From contig CP075497.1 in the NCBI GenBank assembly GCA_021613535.1, positions 4,774,001 through 4,838,000 of the forward strand: a stretch of 64,000 nt of DNA. Reading direction: 5' to 3'. Each line of letters opens with the position of its first letter. Position 1 is the stretch's first letter. Both the position numbers and the translations under genes were made by a program. Below, one piece after another: positions 11,792 through 25,362 of this stretch. Source of the stretch: Adineta vaga. Lineage: Eukaryota; Animalia; Rotifera. Below the pieces are notes generated by a model. The model saw nothing but the letters and a program-made list of their open reading frames with translations, searched no databases and was not told where the DNA came from.

Positions 11792-14700
11792 TTTTTAACT
11801 TTCTGTCTGTATATCAATCTTTTCCTTCAATCTAAAAGAACTATTTAGAATAGAAGAAAACAAAATATCAGAAAAGATAAATAATCGACGAAGTCTTTGT
11901 TCAATATAACAATAAAAGAATGACTAGCTTTGATTATACACACACAAAATGATAGATGAAGATAGGTATGGTATTGAACAAACAATGTCGAGATTATCTA
12001 GCGTTATAATCTACGTGATTCGTATTTAGAATAACGATCATTCATAAACAGAAGAAATTCTATAGTCATCTTTTTCTTCATGAATATATTGACCGGCAAT
12101 GACAGTACAATGACAGAGAAGAATCTTTTATGTACTATTGGTTCATTGTATATAGCTAATGATCGAAAATTAGAATTTAAATTAAATTAAATGAAGATTT
12201 TTAAATTTTATTTGAAATAAAAACACAACATATAATTTAAAAGTGAGACGTCATTGTAGATGTCGCACATTGATGTTCTATCATCATTGTGTGCAATTAA
12301 TGTAGTATATATAAGTATATTCAATTATTGAAGATAATTTTGTTCTTTATGCTATGTAATTAAAGCTTTGATACTCTTTCAGATCTAAAACAAAAAAGTA
12401 ATCAAAAACTAATTTATTTCAAGTATTTAATCAACCTATCTTTTGATAAGAAAATACGATATTTTTTTTCATAAAAAACGCTATATATATTGTTCATTTT
12501 CAGTATGAGAAAAAACAGGTAATTTCTCATATGTCTTGAATGAAATAACTGATTTTAATTTGTTAGAAAAATTTTCTTTCTTTTTATATATAGTACTTTT
12601 AATCACAGTTAAAGTTAATTTTTATATGGATTTTTACAATAGAATTCATCAATCATTCGTCTATGAATACCATACTTTTTGAAACAATCGGTGAAAATCA
12701 ATGAATAATTTGATGAGATATTTATTAAAATTTACAATTTTCTTTTTGTTCTACTCTTTTTTCAAATGACAATATTTGCAAGAGAAATCTATTGTCAAAA
12801 GTATATATCTTACATATAATGCACACTCAATCAATCGATCGATCGAAAGTTTACATATGACTCGTTTGGTGAATATGCAAACAACATATTGCTACTTTCA
12901 CAATACTTGCATGTCACCGTCGTCATTCTTCTTCTTTTTCTTCTGATTAGACATACATATATATATACAAACTTTCTGAAAATGAAAAAAAAGTCATTGT
13001 CTTAAACAAACAATTCAAGTGAGAGAGAGAGACAGAGCGTTGCATAGAGAAAAAGAGCAGCCATTGAATGTTAAATAAACTTGCTTGCAACCATGTCCGA
13101 TATGTTGATCTATTCATTCTCAATCTTGAATATGTATATAAGAATAGAAATGATACTCGAGAGCGAGAGAATTATACTAACCGTAATAATGAATATTGTA
13201 CAAAATATCAGCTGATTCGATGCTTTAAAAGACTAGCATATGATTCTATCACATTTCTTCGTCTCTCCTTTCTCGTTTCTTTTTACAAACTTTCTTTCAC
13301 TCATTTTGTGTCAAACACACTCGTTTTTAATGGAATTTCAAAATGCATCATATTAGGTAGAAAAGAGAGAGAGAGCGAGACGACGCTGCGCCTGCACGCA
13401 CACACATTTTAACGAACATTTTCATAATTCTCTCTGGTTTTTTTCTTTTTTATTTTACTACTGCAACAGCTATTCTCTCTTTCATTCAGCACACAACGGT
13501 CGACTACCCGTCTTTCAAAATACACATATAAATCTATCGGCATAGACATAGAAGAAAAATATACTAGCTATTCATATAGCCCATCATTTTATTCAAGTGA
13601 GTTTAGTTCATTATTTGACAATTTATAAATACCATTTTCATTTGTAATTTGAAACGTTGTATAGAAGAAGAAAAATAAGAGAGACACATCAAATAAATAA
13701 CTAATTCCAATTCATTTTCTCTCTCAAGAGGATATTTCATCGTTTCGAAGACTATCGGAAGAGGTATTTTGTTTAGCTATTAGATCTTTTTCCTAATTGT
13801 TTTCTTTTTCATACAGATGAATAGAGAATGTATATTCACTAAATCTAATTGTCACTATAGAGAAAGAGAAGAGGAAAAAGAAAAGAATTGACAGAAAGAA
13901 CAACTAAGTCATTTCACACTCACTTACATCGCTTCCAGCTCATGTGCTGATGTCAATTTCCTTCATTTTTACCTACTTCTCTTTCATACCTGATAGATAA
14001 GTAGACGATGACGATACATAGTTTTTCTCTACAGCTTTTTGGCTCGATGTGTGATTATGATGGAGACGTAGCGGAAACGTATTGGCTTTTTTTTCTTCTC
14101 CTTATATACCTATATAATACGTATATACACACAAACACACGTTTCTTTCCCTTATTTCACATCTGTCATTTTAAATCATGAGCCGAAACGCTTGATGCCA
14201 TGCGTGTGTATAGAAAAAAAAGTGTATACTGCTGTAAGTAGTAGTTGCGAATGAATAAGAAAAGCAAAAGGAAGTTGTTACGGTGGAAATGAAAGAAAAC
14301 ACTTATCGATGAACTCGTACGAACATAAATCGGTGTGAGACACGATGGGCATTGCGCTTATAGAAAGTATAAGAACGTTATTTTCAATCTTTGGAAATGA
14401 AGAAAAAAAAGAGAGACAAAGACAAAGAAAAAGGCATTTTTTACTTTTAAAAGTCTTTAACTGTATGTGTTGTTCACTTAGTTGCATTTAATCACTTTGC
14501 TCGTCGTCACACTTGAGAGACAAGAGCTCTTACTTCATTCTTTTTCCTCCGCCTTCTCTTAGAGTAAGAAAGTAAAGAGAGAAGAAAAAAAAGGTATTCT
14601 TATAAACACATCTATATATCCACACTTGAACACTGATGAGATGGTAGTAGTAATGATGACAATTGAAATGAAAATACTCGATTGATCACGATTGAAACAA

Positions 14701-15247
14701 TACAATTTCATAAAGGTAAAGGAGCGTGACATTTTTCAATAATTTATATGTGTTTCTAAATGAGAGAACTTTAGAAAAAAAATCCATGATTATAGAACAG
14801 GTGGAAATCGATGGAAAAGACATAAGTTGCCTGTCTGCTGTTGAGTTAAGTTTACTTTTCTTTTATTTCGATTGACTATTTAGCTATCCGTAAATATGAC
14901 AAGTATGTCAACTCATTAGAAAAAGCAAAAGTCAGGTGGGCGAAAGTAACAGAGAGCGAAATGTCCAAATATCTTGTTATTGGAATCTGGAACATACAGA
15001 GAGAGAGAGAGAGAGAGAAAGGAAAGACACTCTTTTTCTCCCCCTATTTCTCTCTGTCTCTTATTCTATAAGTTTCTTTCTTTTCTTTCTTTTTTTATTC
15101 TCTCTTTAAATCAACATCTCATTTTGTTGCTACTACTTTTACTTCATTTTTTCTCACTCACATTTAACATTCATTCGTCCAAACTTACACACACACACAC
15201 ATACATACAATGAGACATACATACGTATGTATATACACATATATACA

Positions 15248-15334
15248 CCGTTCATTATTGAGATGTATCTTTACTGAGCGGTTGATTTCAAAGATTCCGC
15301 TTAGTATCGCTGCATCTTCAACAATCTGACTCGG
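15248..15334. ncRNA. Candidate pre-miRNA-like hairpin
   Basis: TACTGAGCGG (15272-81) pairs with CCGCTTAGTA (15297-306) and GATGTA (15262-67) with TGCATC (15311-16); pairing extends basally. 15-nt terminal loop. Lies in a region with no coding exon found. Confidence 0.4.
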
Positions 15335-16746
15335 TCTTATCATCTAATCTTTTCAAATAAGCAACAATTAACTCATATGATCTCTGGATCATGTAACATG
15401 AACATGATACTATTTATAGAAATACATTTGTATTAACAATGATTACAATTTGAAAGAAAAAATGTCAATATATTTATATCTCATCATGATTGTAAAGAAA
15501 AAGAATCTTTAAATTTTGTATCTCTCTTTAAAACACACACACACACACACACAATTCTAGTTCTACTTTGATTTTTTCACATTGTATGTGATCTGATGCT
15601 TATTTATCCTCTTTTGATGTCCAAGTGAGTGATTTGTTCTCTAAATAAACTTCTATTCTCCTACGGTTAAAATTGAATTATATACTAAGAATAAAGACAA
15701 AAAAGCCTCCGAAACTCTTTGCATTTTTTCATTATAAACTTGATGAAATAGAAATTCATCCTGTAAATTGATTGGCATCTTTCGTCAACATCATATATAA
15801 ATATCATTCTTTCTTTTGTTTCAAAAATGTCAATAGAAATAGAATGAAGAAAAATGCTATGGTTGCGTCCGATGTAAACAATGAAAAAAACCATTTTTTT
15901 AATATTTAATTGTCCTAAATAAAGATTGGAAATATCTCAAACTTTCTCAGGAACTAGTATATAGACAACGATATCATGTTAAATCATTCTTTGTTCAATC
16001 TCGATAACAAGTTACATCCTGTTAAAAACCATCGTTCTCAAACTAATAACACTTTAATAAATTTCAATTTAGATAATAAGAATTGACAATTGGTGATGAA
16101 GAATTATTCTGTGAAAAACTAAAAATTGATTTGAAACATTGTTCTATAGATAAATTTATGCATATGATATATATATATATAATTAAAAGATGAAGTTAGG
16201 TTTCTTCCATTCAATGATGAATATATTTACTTTACTTCATGTTTCAATCAACTAATTAAAAAGATGAAGATATTCATTTGAAATGATTTATTTAATTATT
16301 TATAAAGTAATCTGTATGAAACAAAGTTCAGTGAAGAAGAAAAATATTCTTTGTCTCGTTTTATGAACATGAAAAATAATGCACTAACACTAATTAGACG
16401 TGAATTTTTAATCAATATCAAAATAACTAACATAATACTGTTTCGATTTGAACACGTGTTGGATTCTTCTGCTGAGAAAAGTGAGAATTAAATTTGTTTA
16501 ACAAAAAGAACGAAGAGAGAGTAGAAAAGTAGAATCTACTGATCGTTCATAATTATAAATAAGTGATTTAATTCGTCGAATATTTTATTAGAATTTCTCT
16601 TATCAACTACGTAAATAATACATATCTATTTATACAATGATCTGATTAGATCAGTAGGAATATGGAAAATGTTTGATATTACAAGACTAAGTTCATTAGC
16701 AGGAAAATCTATGTTGAAGAAAAATTAAGTCAATTAAATGTTTCTT

Positions 16747-19043
16747 TTAAAAACCAAGTGGATGTATAGGTACAGTTGATTCTTTATCAACAAGTTCACG
16801 AGCTAATTCCGTCATTAATTTTGTTCTTGCTACAAATGCTGGATTTTGAATAAGATTAAGATTTTGATTAATACGATCATATGCTTCTTCACACCAGATT
16901 CGTACTAAATGTGATTCATGTACAGCTGTTGGTACCTGATTTTTAAATGATTGTGTACAACGTGATAAACCAGCAGCCATTGAATATATATCGATTACAA
17001 CATCACCAATACGGTGAACAATAAATTGTTCATCACGAATTGTTTTACCATATTTAATGAGAATCTGTTCGATTGTTGTACCGAATTGATCAATAGATTT
17101 TGATAAAAGTGTGCCCGATGGATGAAGTGAGGAATGAATATATTCATTAAGATTTGGACCTGCAGTCATTCCAATACCTCGACGTAATCGTTTTGAACCT
17201 TCACCAACAATTACATTGAAATTAAAACTTTTAACTGCTTGTTGTAATTCACGTAAATGTGCACCGACATATTGCAAACCAGTGAAAGCGACAAATAAAC
17301 GAAGAATATCATTAGCACCTTCGAAAATTCGAAAAATTCGTAGATCACGCATAACTCGTTCAAGTCCAGTAGCTTTCATAAAGCCCATTCCACCATGAAT
17401 TTGAATGGCTTCATCCAAAACAAACCATGCAGATTCTGATGCAAAGATTTTTCCAATTGCTGCTTCACCTGAAATAAAATCGATTCTTAACTTAAAGAAC
17501 AAAATTCTCTGGGGAAAATCAATTAATTACATTGATATTCAGGTATTCCTCGATCCATATTTTGTGCCAGAAGATATGCCAAACTTTCAGTCATATATTG
17601 TCTCATTTCCATACGAGCAAGTTTTTCTTGAACATTACCATATGTATCAATCGTACGACCGAATTGACGACGATTTTTAGCGAAATCCTATTGTAATAAT
17701 TTCAATCATTTTCAACAGTGCTTTGTTTGAATGAGAGAACTTACAATCGATTTTCGAATCGCCATTTTCATCGTTCCTGATAGACCTGCTACCATACTAA
17801 ATCGACCATTGTTTAAAATCTTCACTGCAACCTATGATATATGAAATGAAAACTTTCTTTCCGTACTATTCATCTGCTTTTACTTTAAATCCATTGCCAA
17901 CACCTCCAAGTACATTTTCAACTGGGACTTTACAATCTTCAAAATAAACTTCAGTTGTATTTGAACCTTTGATACCCAATTTTTTCTCCGGTTGGCCATT
18001 TGTGAGACCACCAAATTTTCTTTCGACAATAAATGCAGTCATTTTATTTTGTGTTTGACCAGTTTTATCATCGACAGTGGGTACTTGAGCAAAGACCGTA
18101 AATATATCAGCAATGCCACCATTTGATATCCAAATTTTTGAACCATTTAAAATATAATGTTTACCATCGGATGACAATTGAGCCTTGGTTTTTATGGAAG
18201 CTACATCGCTACCAGCTAAAAGAAATCAAATGAAATGTTATTTAGTTAACAATTTGAAATTTCATACCTGACGGTTCAGTTAAAGCAAATGCAGCAATAT
18301 GTTCACCTGAAGCAAGTTTAGTAAGATATTTCTGTTTTTGTGCTTCAGTACCAAAGAGAATAATTCCTTTGAAACCAATAGATTGATGTGCACCCATACA
18401 AACAGAGATACCTAGATCATGACCACTAGCTATTTCAAAAAGACGTGCTGCTTGAGTATTCGTCAAACCAAGACCACCATAGTCAATAGGGACTTGAATA
18501 CCAAATGCACCTTGTTCTTTCAAACCATTCATAACATCATCAGGAATCTGAGAAAGTTTAAAAAGAAACTTTAAATTTCTTAACAAAGAAAACAAGCAAT
18601 TCATTTACTTTTCCTTGTTCATCATTTTTTGCAGCATCATTTTTTTCTTCGAAAAATTTCCATAATGGATCAATAAACATTTTAACATTTTCTCGTTGTT
18701 CTTCGTTGAGAACATTTGGATATGGAAAGATTTCATTTGGATAAAATTGTCCACGAAATAAATTCATTACAAACGATGTTGATGTTTGCAATTCTTTCTT
18801 TGATTTCACCGCTTTTTCATTTGAAGAAGATTTTGTTGGTGAAAGATGTTGTTGTTTTGTCTTTTCATGGTCTTTACTTTCCTTCGATTGTGATCCTTGT
18901 TCATTAATCAATGATTCTGGTGTTACCGGTGATTGAGCTAATGGCGCTGCTGTCGCTGCAGTTCGACATGATACTACTCGATTAAGTAACGAAACACACG
19001 ATGGTGCACGTCGATAAGCAGTATTAACAAATGAAGAATTCAT
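16747..19043 (-). CDS. ACADVL: Very-long-chain acyl-CoA dehydrogenase, mitochondrial
   Basis: [27 protein letters not shown]...[66 protein letters not shown]-terminal HPLGF. Arg-rich presequence; 6 exons. Confidence 0.93.
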
Positions 19044-19281
19044 TATCTAAAAATCGTTCATGAATAAATGAGCTTTTAAGAATATATATGATTGAGGTTA
19101 CAAAAGTATGAAGAAAAACATATCGATCGTCATTACTATGATATGTAAAGAACGTGTAAAGAAACGAAGAAAAAACTACAACATACCATACATACACACC
19201 CCCCGATAAAGAACGAAAGTATCAAAGTCCATTTTCTATAGCGGGCGTATACGTAACAGAACTTTATGTGTACTAAACAAT

Positions 19282-20695
19282 TCAAAGTGTCTCGTCATAT
19301 TGATACGATACTCGTCTTTTTCTTTGCTGTTCTTCAACTGCCTCTTCTAATTTATGTTTAGAAGTCAAACTTTTAGTAGAATTATTTAAATTTTCACCTA
19401 ATTGATTATATACAATATTATCTGATTCGAAATTTTCATGATTACAACTTATAGAATGGAATTCATTGCTAGCTAATAAAGTATTAATTTCTTGAATATG
19501 TTTATCAGTTTGTGCAAATAATTCTGATTGATGCGTAGAAAGTATGGAGAGAATATCAACTTTAAGTAATACATTACTATCAAATAGAACATATAGATAA
19601 CACTTTTTATCAGCGACATGATCATTGAATCGAATCTCTTTTGAAGGAAAACAATAATCAACAATAGTACCATAAGTTGAATCAAATGTTAATTTACGTT
19701 GAGTATTTGTAAAGTCTTTTATATTCAATAGATTTGTTAAATAAATCGAATGAAATCGTTGTGAATAAATAGAAAGAGCAATGTAAACATTCGCATCAAA
19801 TAAGCCAAATGAAGTAACGTCCATTTTCCAAATCGAATAATTTATTACAGGATCTCCATTTTCCTGTAATTGTATATTGATTTGATAGTTATCTCTTGAT
19901 GTTCCATAGTTGCAATCATATAATTCTGTATAAAAGATTTCTTTTGTTGATAAAATAAATGCTTTGCAATGTATGAAAGCAAGTGGTATGCAACTGGGTA
20001 AATACCATAAACGAAGTGTACCTATGAAATAAATCCTAATAGAAATTTGAAAGATGAAGGAAAAGAAGAGATTCACCATCGGTTGATGCTGAAAGAAGAT
20101 GATGATGATGATCGATGAATTTCACTTGAGAAATAATATCTTGATGACCAAGACAATAGTTTACTTGATGAGAAATATCTGGATAAGATTTTAAGCAAAT
20201 TCTATTTTCTTGATCAACAGTTAATATCATTGATATGTTTTTATTTAAATGAATAAAAGCAATATCAAGTAACATTGATGAATGTTTCATCAGACATGAT
20301 TCTTCTGAAAAAATTAATTGTTTATTTCCATTGTCAGATAATAAATCAATCTTATAAACATGTCCGTTTTGATCAGCCAAAAGTAAAAATTCATCAGTTA
20401 GATCTAAAGTAATAATCATTGTTTGTATTAAAATGATTCGTTTGAATTGCCAGCAACTATCAATTTGAACATACAAATTCAATTGTTGATTTCGTTCAGT
20501 AAAAACTAAAATATGTCCATTTGGACTAAATTTCATCGAATGACGATTTTCATTCTTATTTTCTAATTGATTATCCATCGATTCAGATTGAAGATATTTC
20601 CAAGATAGTCCATTATTTAAATCAAATACACCGACATTACCATTTGGAAAAGCGATTGCCAAACAACCGGTAGAACTGATTTTAATCGAAGACAT
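19282..20695 (-). CDS. WDR4: WD40 protein, tRNA m7G46 methyltransferase non-catalytic subunit (WDR4/Trm82)-like, diverged
   Basis: Exons 20077-20695 and 19282-20021. HSSMLLDIAF...ILTVDQENRICLKSYP...YCLGHQDIISQV...LLSASTDG|TLRLW follows the WDR4 motif series. Confidence 0.75.
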
Positions 20696-20737
20696 TATCT
20701 AGAAAAGAAGACGAGAAAAAAACGCGCCTGAAAACAA

Positions 20738-21067
20738 ATGTTCATAGTATTAATTCAAACAGTAAATACATGGTCAATTCAGAAAAGTCATGAAGAACAT
20801 CGATGGATTATCATCGGACTTCTTATTAGTAGTATAGTCTGTTGTTATATATCTCTTCAATGTTTTTTACCATGGTTAATCAAGAAATTAGGAAGAAATA
20901 AGAATAAAATTTTGTTTTTCATGAGATTCGATAAGTTTCTTTGTTTGTTTTTTTTCTATAGTTTCGACGCACTACAATCAATGTTTCATCAAACGGAAAC
21001 AACAAATCGCAAAAGAAGAAACGACATCGATTACGAATCGACAATGATCATAGAAGAAATAAGATAA
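20738..21067 (+). CDS. Possible small single-pass membrane protein (~80 aa spliced)
   Basis: ATG 20738 and hydrophobic WIIIGLLISSIVCCYISL. Putative in-frame 87-nt intron 20875-20961 with a strong pyrimidine tract and TAG, followed by a charged tail. No recognisable homolog. Confidence 0.35.
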   Translation: MFIVLIQTVNTWSIQKSHEEHRWIIIGLLISSIVCCYISLQCFLPWLIKKLGRNKNKILFFMRFDKFLCLFFFYSFDALQSMFHQTETTNRKRRNDIDYESTMIIEEIR

Positions 21068-21236
21068 ATAAAAAGAAGAATAGGATATTAGAAACTGAAA
21101 TCGAACAAATATAAGGAAAGAGACAAAGAAAGAAAAATAAACAATAAAAATTCATCTGAGTCCTGTTTTCTTTTTTGTTGCTAATAGATGCAATAACAAA
21201 AACAAATAGAGACTAAAGTGTATGACGGCTTTTTTT

Positions 21237-22737
21237 TCACATAACAGGAAAATCAATTAATTTTAAATCATCAAAATGTTGATGATGTCCTCCTGAACTA
21301 CAAGTTCTTAATTCATTGTCCGATAGAACAAAAGGATTGTTTTTAACAAATGTTTCAATATCATTAACACTTAATTCATTTAATAATTGATAATTACTAA
21401 CTGGTTCATCACATGTTTCATCGACGAGTGATAATTTTCGTGTTTGACCTTCATCCGTATTGATCATTGTTTCAAAAAATGTTGAATTTGGTTCATCACA
21501 TGTCGGTAAACTTTCAAGTGATGGTAATAATTCTTTGGTTTGTTCGTTTGAATTAACAAATGTTATTTCATATTCTGTACCAGATTCTAATACATCTTTT
21601 TTTCGTATTGTTACATCAGTATCATGTTTTTCTTTTAAATGCATACGTAATTTTGATGCATGAAAAAATGGTTTCGTACATATCCAACAAACAAATGGCT
21701 AAAAACAAACGAATACGATTTGATAAGTATTCGAATCAAATATGAAAGAGAAAAAAGATACACTCACTTTATAATCAGCATGAATAATCAAATGTTTTCG
21801 TAGATCATCATTACATCGAAATGTTGCTTGACATCGATCACAAACATAAGGTCGTTCATCAAGATGACCACGAATGTGTACTTCGAGTTTGCATGGTGCA
21901 ATAAATGTCTTCTTACAATATGGACAGGCATAGGGACTAATACCTAAATGTCGTTGAATATGATGTCGAAGATTTCCCCATTGAGAAAATTTTGATCCAC
22001 AAAAATCACATGAAAATGGTTTATCTAGAGAACAAACGAATTTCTTTTTTAAAAAGAAAAAAAAAGAATTGATTGAACATACCTCGTGTATGTACACGCT
22101 GATGTTTTCTTAAAGCATATGCAGATGAAAATGTCGCTTTACATTTTTCACAGACTAGGGATGAAACTTTTCGTTCAGGTTTATATGTTTCTAATCGAAG
22201 TTTTTGTCCATGTTGATTCACATGTCGTTGTAAACGTTCCATTGATACTGTAATTAAACCACATATTGGACAAGTAAATCGAGTTGATTTTGGTCCACGT
22301 ACACGGGGCATTTCATCAAGATTTAAAGACAAAGATGGAGATGTGATTGAAATTTTATTGCGAGTTGTATTATTATTATTATTATTAGCAAGATTGAAAA
22401 GATCTTCAGTACTTGTACGTTCAATTTGAACAACAGAATTTTTAATTACTGAATAAGCAAGTTCCAAATCATTCGGATTTGTCATGTCGAAATGAGTTGG
22501 TATTGATGATTGAAGTAATACATCTAAATATCGAAATATAATTCAAGATTAGAAAGGAAATCATTTATATATACCCTGAGGTATACTTGGTAAACAATCA
22601 ATTTCCGAATTAAGCGTTCCAATTGGCGAATAACTTGATAGCAACTCCGAAGAAACAAATGTTGATGATGATGATGAATTTGATGTAAATTCATTTTTTA
22701 AACTTAATAGAAAGGCTTCATCCAGATTCGATATCAT
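21237..22737 (-). CDS. C2H2 zinc-finger protein (six fingers)
   Basis: Phase-consistent exons 22575-22737, 22083-22523, 21768-22024, 21237-21698. Fingers CPIC, CEKC, CDFC, CPYC, CDRC, CWIC with HTRDKPF/HLDERPY-type linkers. Confidence 0.9.
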
Positions 22738-23586
22738 TTTATGAATAATCTAGAACAGATATAAACATCAATCAATTATATATATTCTTAAATAAGTTCA
22801 TCTTTATCATCTTTCGTATTGCTATAAACTAACGAACAAACAGCTGTTCTGTTATTTTCTATTTTGCACACTTTTCATTGGATACATATCTATATCCAGC
22901 CAGCCAAATGCATTCTTTTCGATAGATGCCATTCTGAACAATGATCTTTGAATTTTATAGTCATTTATTAATGAATCGTTGATTCTATTTAAAATCAATC
23001 TCATATGGAAATAAATGAATAGTTTGCAGTTATTTTTGTGTTCAATAACAGATCATACTCTATTTTGTTTTCGTGAAAATGATGCTATAAACATTTGTTG
23101 TTTTCCCTAAAAAGATTATCTCAAACTTCATTAATATTCAATGACAAAAAAGATGAATATTCATGTACGAAACTTTCATTTCATATAGATTTTTATATCA
23201 CTGATTTGTTTAGAATTTTCACTACAAAGATAACTCTCCAGAATTTATTTCATAGACAAGATCTAAACACTAAAAATCACGAATATTAATCACGAGATAA
23301 AACACTTTTCTTACAAGGTTTATATTCTAAAATATTGCAACTAATACTAAATCTTATTTTCTCATAATTATTCATTAATAATGAACAAATCATTTAAATG
23401 TTAATTAGCTTATTTCAAAACCAATGTCATAGACGATCTCGAGCGTCCTCTATTATTTTATATTTCTATTGAGGATCATACTGAGTATATATACTAACCA
23501 ATAACTAAAACCGATGCTTTTTTTTTATTAAACAAACTGAACTGATACTGATCATTGGAATAGAAGATTACAATTAGATTTTACAT

Positions 23587-24674
23587 ATGACTAAAACTGC
23601 TGCTAAAACAACTGCGGATGATGCAGTTCATCGTCATCCAGAAATCGAACATTTTTTAAATTTAAATACCGTTCTTCATTCCTTAGTTGATTTTGTTCGA
23701 CCAGAAACATATGTTGCTCCAGATGAATTACAAACATATACTGAATTAAAAGAAAAATTTCTTCATGAAGCAATAACAAAACGTAATAAAGGACAAACAT
23801 CGAAATCACCATTAGAAATCGCTGGTGTAGAATCGATTCGATCAACATCTGGAATCTATCGATTTCTTGCACATCATCAAAGTACAAAAACAAATTCATC
23901 AACAGTTAATAAAAAACAAAAAGCAACAGGATCATTAAGTCGTGAAGAATTATTAAAAAAACTTCATAGTAAAATGCCACATCGTCAACAACAACAACAA
24001 GCAGGTCATTATTTCTTACTACTCTATTCTTCTCTATATTATTTTTTTTTCTTCTATTTTTAGAAAATGGAACTGATCATACTGCTAAACGTAAACGTGC
24101 AAAAGAAGAAAATAAAGATCATCAGAAAAAACCACGAATAATAACAAAAGAATGGTCAGCAACTCCATCCGAACCTTCTGATACGAAACCATCGATTCCA
24201 AAAACTCCAACTGTTCCAACTCAAATAACATTTGGTCGTTTTGATTTCAATACTGAAGATTCTATTTCAACCAATTCAAAAAAGAAGAAGCCGAAGAAAT
24301 TTGAAAACAAACAAAAAAAATTAATTCATACATTAAAACAAGTTGAATCGGAACAGAATGAATTAACTCGTTTACAGGAAGAAAATCCTGAAGAAGGAAA
24401 AGAACTTCTTCGTTCAAAACATTGGAAAACAGCATTAGCAAAAGCAAAAGGTGAAAAGATTCGTGATAATGTTCATTTAATACGAAAATCGATTAAAAAA
24501 CAAAGCAAACTTCGTGTACGATCAGCGAAAAAATGGCAACAGAAGAAATCCGAAACGGATAAACGAATAAAAGAAAAACAAGATAAACGTCAAACCAACT
24601 TACAAAAGAGAAAAGATGATAAAAAAGCGAAAATTAAAAAACGACTTATAAAAAAAGGTCGTTTAATTAGTTAA
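23587..24674 (+). CDS. SURF6: Surfeit locus protein 6 / Rrp14 family nucleolar ribosome-biogenesis factor
   Basis: Exons 23587-24004 and 24064-24674. ITFGRFDF and HWKTALAKAKGEKIRDNVHLIRKSIKK...SAKKW...KQDKRQTNLQKR...KKGR form the SURF6 C-terminal signature. Confidence 0.9.
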
Positions 24675-24746
24675 AGAATAAAATTTGTTTTGTTTTGTTT
24701 TGTTTTTTTCAGATTTCTTGTCTTTTGTTTTTGTTTTTCTTTCATT

Positions 24747-25005
24747 ATGTCGACAAGACAACTAGAAGTACTTCGTCTCTATCGAGATTTACTTCGATAT
24801 AGTCAAACATTAAAATATACGGATGTTAATTTTTATTTAACAAGAATTAAACAAGAATTTGCAAAAGGAAAAACATTAGAAAATGAAGATGATATCGTTC
24901 GACAATTAGCGGTACATATATTCAATCATTCATGATCATAAGTCACTCGTTATTTTCTTTATTTAGAAAGGACGAGAATTTTTGAAAAATAAACGTCTAA
25001 TCTAA
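24747..25005 (+). CDS. 67-aa LYR-motif microprotein, homolog of the MIEF1 upstream-ORF protein (AltMiD51 / L0R8F8; mitoribosome large-subunit assembly)
   Basis: Exons 24747-24911 and 24967-25005: MSTRQLEVLRLYRDLLRYSQTLKYTDVNFYLTRIKQEFAKGKTLENEDDIVRQLAKGREFLKNKRLI. LYR..LR....L.YTD..FY...I..EF and RQL.KG..FL match this LYRM subfamily as recalled. Confidence 0.8.
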
Positions 25006-25362
25006 TGATATGATTGATCGATAACGATGGATTTTCACCACTATTAGGAAGATATAAACTCGAATGGTGCTTGTATTTTTCTATTGAAAAAAGAATATTA
25101 AACCTTGCTACTCTTTCTTAAGAATTGTTGATAAATCTTTTGAATCATTGTTCAGTCAGAATGATCGTATCTTTCAAAGTAATATTGGTGGAAATTTCAA
25201 ACGAAGAAAATTAATATTTTGTATAAATAAACAGTAATGATCTTGTAGAATGTTCATAGATCGTCTCCTTTTCTTCCGAACATTCAATGATGATTGGTGA
25301 CAGATAAAAATTAATAATTGTTAGGCGCACTTTATTTTCTGTATCTTTCCAACAACATAAAT

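Noticed and set aside
13747-13804. Second possible miRNA hairpin
   Set aside because: Pairing is short, mostly A-U/G-U between purine and pyrimidine tracts, and expected by chance here.
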